Shown in pieces: positions 34,101-48,600 of a DNA stretch of 64,000 nt (position 1 is its first letter; each line of letters begins with the position of its first letter). The notes beneath the pieces are model-generated. The model was not told where the DNA came from. It was given only the letters and a program-made list of their open reading frames with translations, and searched no databases. This stretch comes from Antechinus flavipes. Its lineage: Eukaryota. A program made the translations under genes and the position numbers. Location: NCBI RefSeq assembly GCF_016432865.1, contig NC_067400.1:567734001-567798000 (forward strand), in the 5' to 3' direction.

Positions 34101-36460
34101 TCTCTTCTAGCTCTAAATCTGATTCTAGTGGTGTGAAAAATGGTGGCTCAATCCCTAAACCAGAACTGTTGTCATAAAATTTGAGGAAGCATCTTTTTCT
34201 GGCTATCTTCCATGGTATGGCTCTGCAAGGAGTGACCCCTTCTCTCCTACAGACTCTGCACACTGGAGGGAGTGCCAGTGTTGAGCAAAGCAGCACTGGT
34301 GAATGGTGGTTACTACGTAGCTGTATCAAAGGATGGGTATAAGGCCCTACCCTATTTGGAGCTTCTGGTGCCGAGCCCCTCCTTGCCGGGTGGCTTCTGG
34401 TACATTAGGGTTTGGGAGGTATAGCCAAGAGGTGAGGGAGGTGGAAATGGGCTTGGGTAGTCGGTGAAGGCAGAGGGCCTCATCTCAGCTTCCTGGGCTG
34501 TTATCTTTTGAATCCTCTTTAACCTGAGCAATCTGCTCAATTTCCTTTTGTGTTACAGGCGTCCACCAAGACTCGAACCCAAAGCCTATAGGCAGAAGGT
34601 AGGTTAAGTGAGACAGCCAAGGAAAAGTGGAAAGGGGATAATAGTGAAGCCCCAAGAGGATGTGATTGATAAAAGTAGAGAAAGGTCCTGGGAATCCCTA
34701 GAGCCAAATCTCTTCAAATGTTTTACAAATGAGCAAACAGACACACACTATCCTGAGCCCTGGGCCAGGAGCTGTGCTTTAACATCCCTGTTACTGAGGC
34801 TGGTGATATGGATGGTACCTGGTTTGTGTCCGGAGGCATTAGAAATGGCACCTGCCAAGGCCCAAAGGAGGACTGTGGGAATTGAAGAGAGGGTAGAAGG
34901 GAATCTGGGTACAGGAGATGCAGAAGGTCTTCCGTCTCCCAGGCAGACAGCTTCGGGGCTCCAGCAGTCCAGTCCTCCAGGAAAGACTCCTCTGTTTTCT
35001 TTGCCAAACCTGTGCTGGCCCGAAGCCATCGGAGAAGGTGCTCCCTACTTCAGCCTGGCAAGTTGGCCCCTGATCCCTCGTAACAGCCCTGTGAACTAGC
35101 TACTAGAACGAAGCTAGCACATTTTACAAATAAGGAAACGGGTTTGGAGAGGTCAGGTTATACAGCTAGTACATGACCAAGATGATTGAAAACAAAAAGT
35201 TCCGCACCCTCATAACTCCTTCTGTGTCTTGTTCTGCATCCCCACACACTTAGACTAGAGGAGGTGTGGGGAGGTTAAGAGAGCTCCAGAAATAGGGCTG
35301 ATCTTGAAGGGAGCAGTTTGTGTTTGGGCCCTGGACTCAGTGTTGTCCAGTCTCCAAAGTCTCCCTGTTCTTTATGTCTTCCAGGATAGGCTAAGAAAGG
35401 ACAGCTGGGGAAACTGCTGAACCCCTGAGGCTCAGGGGCCTTTCTTTCCTTGAGGAGTGAGAAAAGTGCTTTGTAAACGGAGATGTAAATGTGAGGTATC
35501 CCACCTACTGGCTCTAATGGTGGTTTTTCAGGGACCTGAGTGGGACTGATGCCCTCAGATTCCACCTCACAGGTCTATCTCCTTCCTGTGAGGAAAATTT
35601 TGTTATGGATATAAACAGTGACTTAGAAAAGTTGTTTCATAATTCCATGAGCCTCTTTGGTGGCTAAAAACCTAACTGAGGAAAGGAGTCAATATGGGGA
35701 AGGAGACAGCTGAAGACAAATTTGGAGGAGGAAAGAGTCTTTGACTATGAGTTGGAAGTTGAGGAGGGGAACCCAGTGGCTTGGAGAAGAAAGTTTAGCT
35801 ACATGTGCTTTTCTGGCTCCTGTGTAGTCCCAATAAGGTCAACATGTAACCCCTCTTTCCTGACAGAAGAAAGGAGTGTGTATGGTGCACCCCACACTAG
35901 GAGGGAACTGGCAGGTGCCCAAGAAGTAAAGGAAGATGGGAATACATTGACAGAAGTGCCCTTGGATCAGGTATGAGATCTGTGTCTTTAGAACTGCTGT
36001 AGATTCAGCTGAAGTGTGTAGTCCCACAACCTAGCCAAGATGAAGCAAAGAGCTCAAAACTGCAAAGGATCTGGGTTCTAATTCAGACTCTACCAGCACA
36101 CCCTCATCAGCTCGCAGCATCTAGCCTTTCTGTCATGCTGACCATATCCCATGTTGCTGTCCCTCCTGGCAGGACTTGGAATCTTCCCATAATTTCGCCC
36201 TAAGGCTCCAAAGGAGTACTTTAGCTGTCTTACCAGGCCCTGTCACCTTAAACACTTATCTTTGCATCTTGAATCAGTTCCTTCATCTGGACAGTGACTA
36301 TATTGAATCAGATGTTGTCTAGAGTCCTTTTGTTTAGGTTTTTGATAGATTAAGGGGGACTCTGCTTTCAGGTCCAAATCAGCTCTCTTCTGACATCTCT
36401 CTCTTCCAGAAGGCTGCAGAAATAGTAGAAGAAACTTGTTTCTTGGAAAATGCTGCCTAG
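31139..36460 (+). CDS. DCDC2B: doublecortin domain-containing protein 2B, 330 aa
   Basis: Exons 31139-31413, 32047-32098, 32951-33027, 33222-33353, 34253-34399, 34559-34598, 34943-35057 (GC donor), 35867-35970, 36410-36460 (993 nt). Two DCX domains: [10 protein letters not shown]...YVAAGFERF and [12 protein letters not shown]...YYVAV. Exon 7 is the least certain. Confidence 0.9.
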
Positions 36461-36580
36461 GGTAGGTAGTATAGAACTCAACTTGGATGCTGTCTTGGAA
36501 CACCAGAGGCTCAGCCCAGCCTCCCTCCGTTCCCTTCCCCATCCCAAGCCAGCATTCCATCAGCAGCCGTGGCACAGCCT

Positions 36581-36586
36581 TTTATT
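36581..36586 (-). terminator. candidate TMEM234 polyA signal
   Basis: TTTATT on plus equals AATAAA on minus. Confidence 0.5.
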
Positions 36587-36815
36587 GAACCAGTGGACCC
36601 TCTTCTGTGTGGTCTCCCAGCTTCCTGCCAGAAGAGACGACAGGCCTTTCTAGTCTGCTTGGCCCACAAACCTGCAGTGAGCCTGCCTGGGTGGGGAAAG
36701 CCTCAGCTACCAGGGGAAGGGAAGGGTTACCTTCCTCCACCTTGTGTAGGGCCTGACAACAAGGTGGGGTGAGGAGGACACAGGGGCCCACACACTTTGG
36801 GAGAAGTTCTGGCCT

Positions 36816-36821
36816 AATAAA
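36816..36821 (+). terminator. candidate DCDC2B polyA signal
   Basis: First AATAAA after the DCDC2B stop. Confidence 0.5.
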
Positions 36822-37439
36822 TAGTTTTCTCTGCTTCTGGGTCATCTGAATTTTGTTTACCCATCTCTCCAGACCACATCCCACTGGATGGGTGTGCCTG
36901 GACTAGAGAGAAGTTAGAGAAGCAAAAGCTAATGATGAAACTAGCCTCTTGGCCTAGGATCTGAGGGGCCCCCTCCGAGGCTGCAAGTGGGGAAGGGAAG
37001 GAAGGCGTTCAACTGACTGCAGCATCTGTGGGCTCTGACTCACTATCGTCCCCAACCCAAACGAGCTCACTCCAAGGCTCAGAAGGGCCCAGAGTTTGAG
37101 TTTGAGGAGGACTCTGCACCTGACACCCAGGGTGCTCTGCACAAACCACAATTTTGGCTGGAGGCCAAGGTCATGAGAGAAGTTGGGTCACATACTGAAA
37201 GGGAGAGGGGGGAGGCATTTCCAAGGCATGAAATTTGGGGCTCAAAGCAGTAAAGTCTCTATGTCCACCTCCCCATGAGGCCTCACTGGATTGTCAAGGG
37301 AGAGGTCCCTGCCAAAAAAAGTCAAAGACAGCCTTCTCAAGGAAAGCTCAAGCTTCAGTGGCTCAAGATACCCCAGCCCAGGGTTCCCTGCTCCAAGGCT
37401 CCGTCGTCTCTGGGTGGGGCTGGCCACAGGATCCTGTCG

Positions 37440-40480
<3,041 letters not shown>

Positions 40481-40622
40481 GACAACGCCGGAAAAGGAAG
40501 ACTTCCACTTCCGGTGCCGGCCCGGCTTCATGACCCGGAAGCTCAGCTTAGCCCTCTTCCGGTACGTAGCTCACATTGCCTCGCGGATCTGTGGCGCCGG
40601 TGTGATCCTCGGAGCTGCCGAG
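40481..40622. promoter_or_regulatory. TMEM234/EIF3I bidirectional promoter
   Basis: Divergent ATGs at 40480(-) and 40623(+). Four CCGGAA/TTCCGG ETS cores at 40488, 40507, 40535 and 40556. Confidence 0.85.
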
Positions 40623-43600
40623 ATGGTGAGTCCGGGTAGGGAAGGGGAAACAAGGACGGGTGGAGGCCGAGGAGTAAGAACGGGGGTCCCCTCCAAAGAC
40701 CATGCCTTGACAGTGACCCCCTGCCCGATGCCATCCCCAGAAGCCGATCCTGCTCCAGGGCCACGAGCGATCCATCACGCAGATCAAGTATAACCGCGAG
40801 GGAGACCTGCTCTTCACCGTGGCCAAGGACCCCGTGAGCACGCGCGGCCTGGCATGGGAAGGGGAAGGGGGGAAAGGACCACGGGGCAGGCGGGGAGGAA
40901 AGGATCGCAGGGAAGGGGAGAAGGAGGGGAAGCGATCCGAGGGTGGCGCTGGAGGGGAGAAGGGAGGCTAGGAGTAGGGGCGGGGCGATGCTGGCGGGGA
41001 GAGGGAGGGACTGAGGATGAAGTGGGCGGGATTGGAGGGAAAGGGTGGGGCCAAAGGAGAGAAAGACCGCATGTGGGGCGGGGCTAAAGGGGAAATGGGA
41101 GGGACTGGAGGTAGTGGGGCGGGGCTAGAGGAGAGCTTATGGGAAACAGCTGGGGCGGGGCTGGGTGGGAAGTGGGAGGCGTGGGGAGACTTAGGTGGGA
41201 GAACTCGAATGGCCGATACTAAGGCACTTGTTTTAATGTAATTGGTATGGGCAGCTCAGTGGCCCAGTAGGTAAGAATGCTGCCAAGTTCCATTTCAGCC
41301 TCTGTGACCCTGGGCAACTCTGTTTCCCATCTGAAAAGTGGGACAATATTCAATCTCATTTAACCTCGGTCAGGTGGGTGGTTGTGAGACTGGAATGAGA
41401 GTAGGTGTGTAAGGCATTTTATAAACTTTAACGAGCTTTGTAAATATCAATTATTATTATTAATATTCTCTGCATTTTACCCATCAGAGGTCTATGAGCC
41501 AGGACCAGAACTCTCATCTCCTGATTTTTCGGTTCTTCCTACTGTACAAACCTTCCCCTTTGCTACCTGGGTTTTTTACCTTTCCAGTTTTGTTTTTTTT
41601 TTTTTACAATTATCTTCCACCTCCAGCCCATATTCCCTATCATCTCAAACTGATTTCCTCATACAGGAAGGATTCCTTGTCCTTGGGAATAGATGGTGGC
41701 TGAGCTGAGTTAGTTCAGTTTTACTCAAGAAGTCTGGGGGTGGGTTTTTTTTTTTTTTACACTTCCTTACTCTAAAGGAAGGGAGGACTAGTGTGGTGCT
41801 ACCTGTGGGAGCCACTGCTTTCTGTAGACATGAAGCTCTTTGTGTCGGGGTGAAGTCATTGCACTGAAAAATATGAGGTTGGATTTAAGAATTAAGCAAG
41901 AAAGTGAATCTGCTGAGATTAAATAAATATCAGGTAGATAAAATTGGCTACAGAAACAACCACCTTGAAAGAAGACATGTGAATGTTTTGGGGGATCAGG
42001 AAGAAGCACGTATGTAACTTTTACTATACAAAACATCTAGCTTATAACTCTTAAAACTATAAAAATATACTAAGATTTGGGGTGCCCTATTCAAGACATA
42101 AAGAAATCTTCCCTCAACTCATTTGTTTGGAATATGTCACAAAACACAATTTGATCTTAAAAGCCCACTCACATGATCCTTTGCAGGAACTTGGTTAGGG
42201 AGCTTCCCTATAGGGGTTTAAGAGTGAGAGAAGGAAGGAAAGGCCACATGGAAGACTGGGAGAGGGAGAGGCAAAAGGGAGACCATTAGGCCAGAAGCTG
42301 CTGGAAGACTCCCAGGAAAGGAAGGTTTTTACTTTTTTTTCTTGGTTACCTCTTCTAGGAGATGGGTACAGACTAACTGTCTTTGTTTCACCAGATTGTC
42401 AATGTATGGTACTCAGTGAATGGAGAGAGATTGGGCACCTACACTGGGCACACTGGAGCTGTGTGGTGTGTGGATGCTGATTGTATCCTTCATTCTCTGA
42501 CTGTCCCTTCAGGAAGACCCAGGGGGTTGGGGGTTTCATCCTTCTTAGAAGGGTGGTCCTTCTTAGAGAAAGGACTGATTCTGCTGATTAAAGACAGAAG
42601 TGCTTGACTACAGCGGTTATCCAGGTGGTTTAAAGAAATTCAGTCTGCTTCCCTTGCCAAGTGGAAAAGGTGGCAGATGAATTTGGTAACATTCCCTAAC
42701 AACTTCTCCAGGGGACACCAAACATGTCCTTACTGGCTCTGCCGACAACAGCTGCCGCCTCTGGGATTGTGAGACAGGTAATCAGTGATCTACTACTTTC
42801 GGCTGACTTGGTTTTACAGGTCTGGTAACCTGGTAACCAGCACTTTGGGAGCGGGCATGACTGATGTCAAGGGGATATTGGGTACCAGATAAACTCAGAG
42901 AATGTCAGAACTGGAAAGGAACTTGGGAATTCTGTAGTCCAACTTCCTTTTTTTATGAAGGAGAAAATTGAGGCCCAGAGAAGGGGAATGAATACTTTGG
43001 CCAAAGTCACAAGGTTAGGAGAGGGCTAGGCCCAGAACCCAGTTATTCTGGCTTCCTCCACATCATCCTGCCTTTTCCAATCTGACAGAGTGAATGCCTC
43101 CTTATGTTTCTTGAGTCCCCAAAGGCAAAGTTCATTCTGGAGATGAATCTTTGTAGATTAATGGGTTTACTTTGCTAGGCCAAACCTATTCCTAGGTGGC
43201 CAGATGATTGATCAGAAAATTCAGGACCCTAGTTCCTGGCATTCCCCTCCCAGGCTTGAAGAAGCAGTTTCCTGGTATGATCTCGGACCTCAGGGATGGA
43301 AGTCTGGTGTCTAAGATGATGAGGGAAGCAGATTTTGCCTCAATTTTGGGAAAAAACTTGTTAGTGATCAGATGTAGCTCAACGTAGAATGGGAATAAGG
43401 TGTTCCCTCTGGCAAAGGGATTCAGCATAGCATCTCTGCTTGCAGGTGATTTGGAGTTGATGGCCTTTGAGATTCTTTAATAAAGATGCATGAGGCTGAG
43501 GAGGGGATTCTGGGTTGCCTTAGTCTAGTTCTAAGCGTTGAGCCCACTTTCCTGAGGAATCATGTTTACTGATAGAAGGAGCAGTAAAAATTGGTAGAGA

Positions 43601-45263
43601 TGGAGCTGGGGCTTTTAGGGGGATGAAAAAAGAACTAAGAACAGTTTTCTGTCTCCATCTCTAGGGAAGCAACTGGCTCTGCTGAAGACCAACTCAGCTG
43701 TCCGTACATGTGGATTTGACTTTGGAGGCAACATTATCATGTTCTCCACAGACAAGCAGATGGGATACCAGTGCTTTGTCAGTTTCTTTGATCTGCGGGA
43801 CCCCAGCCAGATCGGTAATGACTGAGATGGAGATGCAGGGACTCAGAGAGTGGAGGTGGGGCCCAGTATAGTGTAGTCCCAGGCCAGCCTTCACCATCTC
43901 TTTCCCCACCCCACAAACAGATAGCAACGAACCTTATATGAAGATCCCATGTAATGCTGATGCTAAGATCACAAGTGCCGTGTGGGGACCCTTAGGGGAG
44001 TGTATCATTGCTGGCCATGAAAATGGGGAACTCAACCAGTACAGTGCTAAGGTGAGAGTTGGGGAGGCAGGAAAACAGGAGGATGAGTGTGGGCAGATCT
44101 GGATCTGGGGAGAATGCTTGGGGGCAGGAAGAGACCACAACTGCCCATTTACCAGAGAAGAGAGCAGCTGTGGACTCCTGGTGGTGGGAAGTAGGGCCAT
44201 GCATGCACCTTCTTCCATGCCTTTTCTCACAGTCTGGAGAAGTGATGGTGAATGTCAAGGAGCATTCGAGGCAGATTAATGATATTCAGACATCCCGAGA
44301 CATGACAATGTTCGTCACTGCCTCTAAGGACAATACAGCCAAGGTGAGTGCTGGGCTCAAAGTGGACCTGACTGCTTCAAATCAGGGGCTTTTCCCTACT
44401 TTCATCTCACTTTCCCCTTCTAATGTGTTTTTAGCTCTTTGACTCCACGACCCTTGAGCATCAAAAAACATTCAGAACAGAACGACCTGTCAACTCAGCC
44501 GCTCTCTCTCCTATCTACGATCATGTAAGGCAGTTCCTGGCTCTCCTGCTCATCCATTAGTCACAACAAAGGATGGTGGGACTCTCAAGACCACAGCAAA
44601 GGAGCACTTTGGGGAGAGGGGTGTGTGTGGTAGACCTAGGAGAAGTTCCAAGGGACCAGGCTCCCAACTTTGATGAGGGGAGAGAATCACAATATCTAGA
44701 GTATGTACAGATGATGCTACACTAAGGGACAGGGCCTGGCCTAAAGGCTAGCTCTGGGTCTCCTTCTTTCTATAGGTAGTCCTGGGTGGTGGGCAGGAGG
44801 CCATGGATGTAACCACAACCTCCACCAGAATTGGCAAGTTTGAGGCCAGGTAAGTGAAAGGCCTGTTTGCTGGAGGAGGGCAGTTATGGAGAGTTTACCA
44901 AAGGGTGAAGCTTTGCTATCCATGTGGGTTCTTATTTCCTATATCCTAGGTTCTTCCATATTGCCTTTGAAGAGGAGTTTGGAAGAGTCAAGGGTCACTT
45001 TGGCCCCATCAACAGTGTTGCTTTCCATCCTGATGGCAAGAGGTAAATCCCTTTGGGGTGAGATTCAGAACAGAATGAGGAGACCCTTAAACTTAACTAC
45101 TCATTTCTGTTCTCTGTCAGTGAGTGGGGTCCTTTAATACATACACAGACCTGTCTAACTGCTGTCATCTTCTCCTTGCAGCTACAGCAGTGGTGGGGAG
45201 GACGGCTACGTCCGAATTCATTACTTCGATCCACAATACTTCGAGTTTGAGTTTGAAGCGTGA
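40623..45263 (+). CDS. EIF3I: eukaryotic translation initiation factor 3 subunit I (WD40), 326 aa
   Basis: Exons 40623-40625, 40741-40833, 42395-42482, 42712-42777, 43665-43814, 43921-44051, 44233-44343, 44435-44524, 44776-44849, 44950-45042, 45182-45263 (981 nt). [26 protein letters not shown]...[13 protein letters not shown]. Intron 3 is U12-type. Confidence 0.98.
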
Positions 45264-45324
45264 GGAGTTGAAACTGGCCTCTCCTGACCCTCTTGCTCTG
45301 ATTAATGAGTTGTGGACATCAAAA

Positions 45325-45330
45325 AATAAA
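45325..45330 (+). terminator. EIF3I polyA signal AATAAA
   Basis: 62 nt after the stop codon, followed by GT-rich sequence. Confidence 0.7.
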
Positions 45331-45461
45331 CCAAATGGAATGTGATGATGGTCTTGTCCTTTGAAGAGTTGTGGGTTAGGCAGAGCTTATTGGTCAATAG
45401 GGTCATGTCTATCCCCTCTGCCCAGTGAGACTCTGGGAAACAGAGGACAAGTACAGGTCCA

Positions 45462-45467
45462 TTTATT
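45462..45467 (-). terminator. candidate MTMR9-like polyA signal
   Basis: TTTATT on plus equals AATAAA on minus, about 185 nt after the MTMR9L stop. Confidence 0.55.
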
Positions 45468-45652
45468 GTCAGCTTTTCCCTTTACTTCATGGCCCTAGAA
45501 GTGAAAGGGTTTGGGAGTAACTGCAGTTGAACTTTGGAGCTACTGAAATCCATAGCTAGCGGTTCAGTCTTTAAGGAAGCTAGCCAAGAACCCTGAAGCA
45601 AAGACTGGATGTAGGGATTTGGAGCAAAATCCCTTCCTTAAGGCTGGAGACT

Positions 45653-48600
45653 TCATAGGGTGTCTACTCTCTCTTGCTCTGTCACTATTCTCCAGAGCTG
45701 TTCCCATGCCTCTTGGGCAGGCTCAGGTGGTCGAGTCCAGCGTAGGAAAAGACCTGGGAGTGGGAGCAGAGAGGAATCCCATTAGAGACAAGCCTGCAGG
45801 AGGAGGGTGACGGGTGGAGCAGAAAAGGACACCTTACCTGCCCACAGCTGAAGGCTCTGGGGCTCCACCGAGGGCCACAGGGCCAGAGGGTTGGGCGAGT
45901 AGATGGGATTATGGAGTCTCCTTCTCTCCTTTGATTGGTTCAGACTGGACCACAGGGAGTGGGTCTTTGTCTTCACATCACACAGGTACCTAACCAAGAA
46001 GCAGAGTGGATTAGGTGGGTCTTTCAGAACCCTGTGGGTTGAGGTTTCATAGGGGAGGCCAGCTCCTGCTTTTGAGGGGTCTCATGCACTGTCTCTGGAG
46101 CAGAAGCTTCAGGCCTGCGGATCCTATGGGTAGAGTCTAGCCAGGCTGGAGGCTGAAGAAGGTGCAGACCACTGACTGCAGTCACCTCGGCTATCCAGAC
46201 GTACCAGGACAGGAACTGGCATCACCGCAGCCCAGGATCCTCCAGCTCTCTTCTCTCTGAGCAGGATTCTAGGGATTACTTTTATGCAGGGCAGTCAGGA
46301 AACCTGCGCTCCATCCATGGCTGTGAGATCTTGAGCACATCACTTTTCCTCACCGGGAAAGGGAGGGTGAGGCTGCCCTCTAGCTACCTAGAGAGATGAC
46401 TAAGAAAGCCCTCGGGCTTGTAGGGCCACAGTGTTTCCATCAATTCATCCAAATCACCATCTGATGAGTATGAATGATGATTCCTACATCTCATCGAATG
46501 AAAAGTTGAAATGGGTTGTTTGCAGAGACAAGGATGATTATAGTGAATAGGAAAATGATTAGATATTTTAAAAAGTGGTGTATGTTAGGGTCTGCATGCA
46601 TGTATCTTCTAGTTCTTTGCCTTCCTCCTGCCACCCCTAGGCTGGATTCCAGGGTCATCTGGCCTGACCTTCTTGCCCAAAGTAGTACAGTAAGTAGAAC
46701 CATGGGTAAACGAGATAGTGTTGTTTTCAGTCCTGTCTAATCCTTTGTGACCCCTTTTGGGGTTTTCTGTGCAAAGATAGAGAGATGTGCCATGCCTTCT
46801 CCAGCTCATTTGACAAATAAGGAAATTGAGGCAGACAGGATGGACTTGCCCAGGATCACACTGTTCACTGTTTCTGAGGTTGAATTTGAACTCAGGTCTT
46901 CCTGATTTCACACCTGACACTAACCACTGTGCTGCCCAGCTGCCTTCATCTCATGCTGAGATCATACTTGAGGGGTTGTACTGTTCTCAAATTTGGAGGT
47001 GAAACTGAGGCTGAAAAATTAAGTATCTTAACTGTGATAAGTCACCCTGTGAATTAATAGTGAGATGTTGATTGAAACCTGTTAGAATTCTTACTAGGTA
47101 CTAAGTTGTCTAAGTTAGCATGGTACTTAACAGTTCTCTAGCTCACTAATGTATTTAGTATTCATTGGAGTTCTACAAGATTCACAAGTCAGAAGCCCAC
47201 AATCTTGGGGAGGAGCCAACTTTTTGAGTTCACACCTCTAAAAGAGCATATATAAAAGGACAAGTCCACTGGGAGCATTCTGGGAGATTGAGAAGCCAGG
47301 ATTCGGAGAGAGAGCAAGAGGCTGAAGCTGGCAGGGGCAGAGGCAAAAGACTAGCAGCAAGAGCTCTTGGAACCAAAGAAAGAGATAGGCCTCTAAGAAA
47401 GCTAACCAGGCATTTGGAAGGAGACAATAAAGGACTGGACCTTTAACTCCTGGCTGCTCCCAGAAGCTCCCCAAGAAACCTGCTCCCAGAGAATGATCAT
47501 ATTTTAGAGAAGAGAAGATTGCAGGAGCGCAGGAGTCTTTCCATATCCCAGTAACGTCCCTCACAATAGAGGGCCAGTGGTTGCCATTTTATCCTTGGAG
47601 GCCTTTGCGCCAGAGCTGGATACTTGTTTGGGTGCAGGGTGTCTTGATTGCCCTCTGAAGCCCCTTGGCTTCCCTCACCTTCCAAGACCTGTGAGGGATG
47701 CTGTGATCCGTGGCCATTTGGCCTTCAGCGTGTTTTCCTGAGGCTGTAACACCGAGCTTGGCTGGCAAGGATGGGGACAAGTCGACTTTGGTTGGAAGGG
47801 TCTCCCCGGCACCTGTCCTGGGAGTGGGTTGTCAGAGTCGAGCTGGCTTCGGGAGGAGCTGAACTGGGATTTAGAAAGAGGGAGGGCCTGGTGCTCGAGC
47901 AGAGAGGGTCTGAACGAGGGAGACACAGCCCAGCTGGCTCTTACCTCTCCTTCTCGCTGTTGCACAGGAAGGTGCCAAAGGGTGAGGCGTAGGCGTGCTC
48001 AAACACGGCCAGCAGCATCCCCTCCCCAAACTCCAGGGACAACGGGAACTGACGGCTCAGCTGCCACACACAGTCCAGGAAGAGCAGGAAGACGGGGGCC
48101 TCGTGTTTGGGTCGGGCCTGGGCATAGGCTGAGTGGGCACAGCGCTGCTGGAAAGGGTGACCGGCCTGGGGAAGAGGGCAAAGCGAGGATGAGCAGGAGC
48201 CCACTTCAGGAGATGCTCCCGACAGCCTGGGCTCCCACTGGGGCCTATTACCTGGATCCATTCCCGTTCCAGTAGGCTTTGGAAGCCGCTCATTGTTCGG
48301 CACTTGGGATCCAGGATTAGTTGTGCCAGTGAGGTCACAAGGAGGGTGGTGTCCGTGCCCTCAGCCCCATGTACCAGGATACAGACTCCTTCCCTGCATG
48401 GACCCAAGAGGCTCCGTCAGCAGCAGTCCCCTGCCTCTCTGTGGGGTGGCTCCCCATCCCCAACCCTGCCAAGTCAGGATGACTCTCTAGGGGTGATAAG
48501 GCACAGGCTTCAAGAGGTGCCCTACGATGCACTGAGTAGTAAACAAGAAATGCATGTTCCAGGGACATTTGTGGAGGCCAGAAACCTCAGGGAAAGCTTC

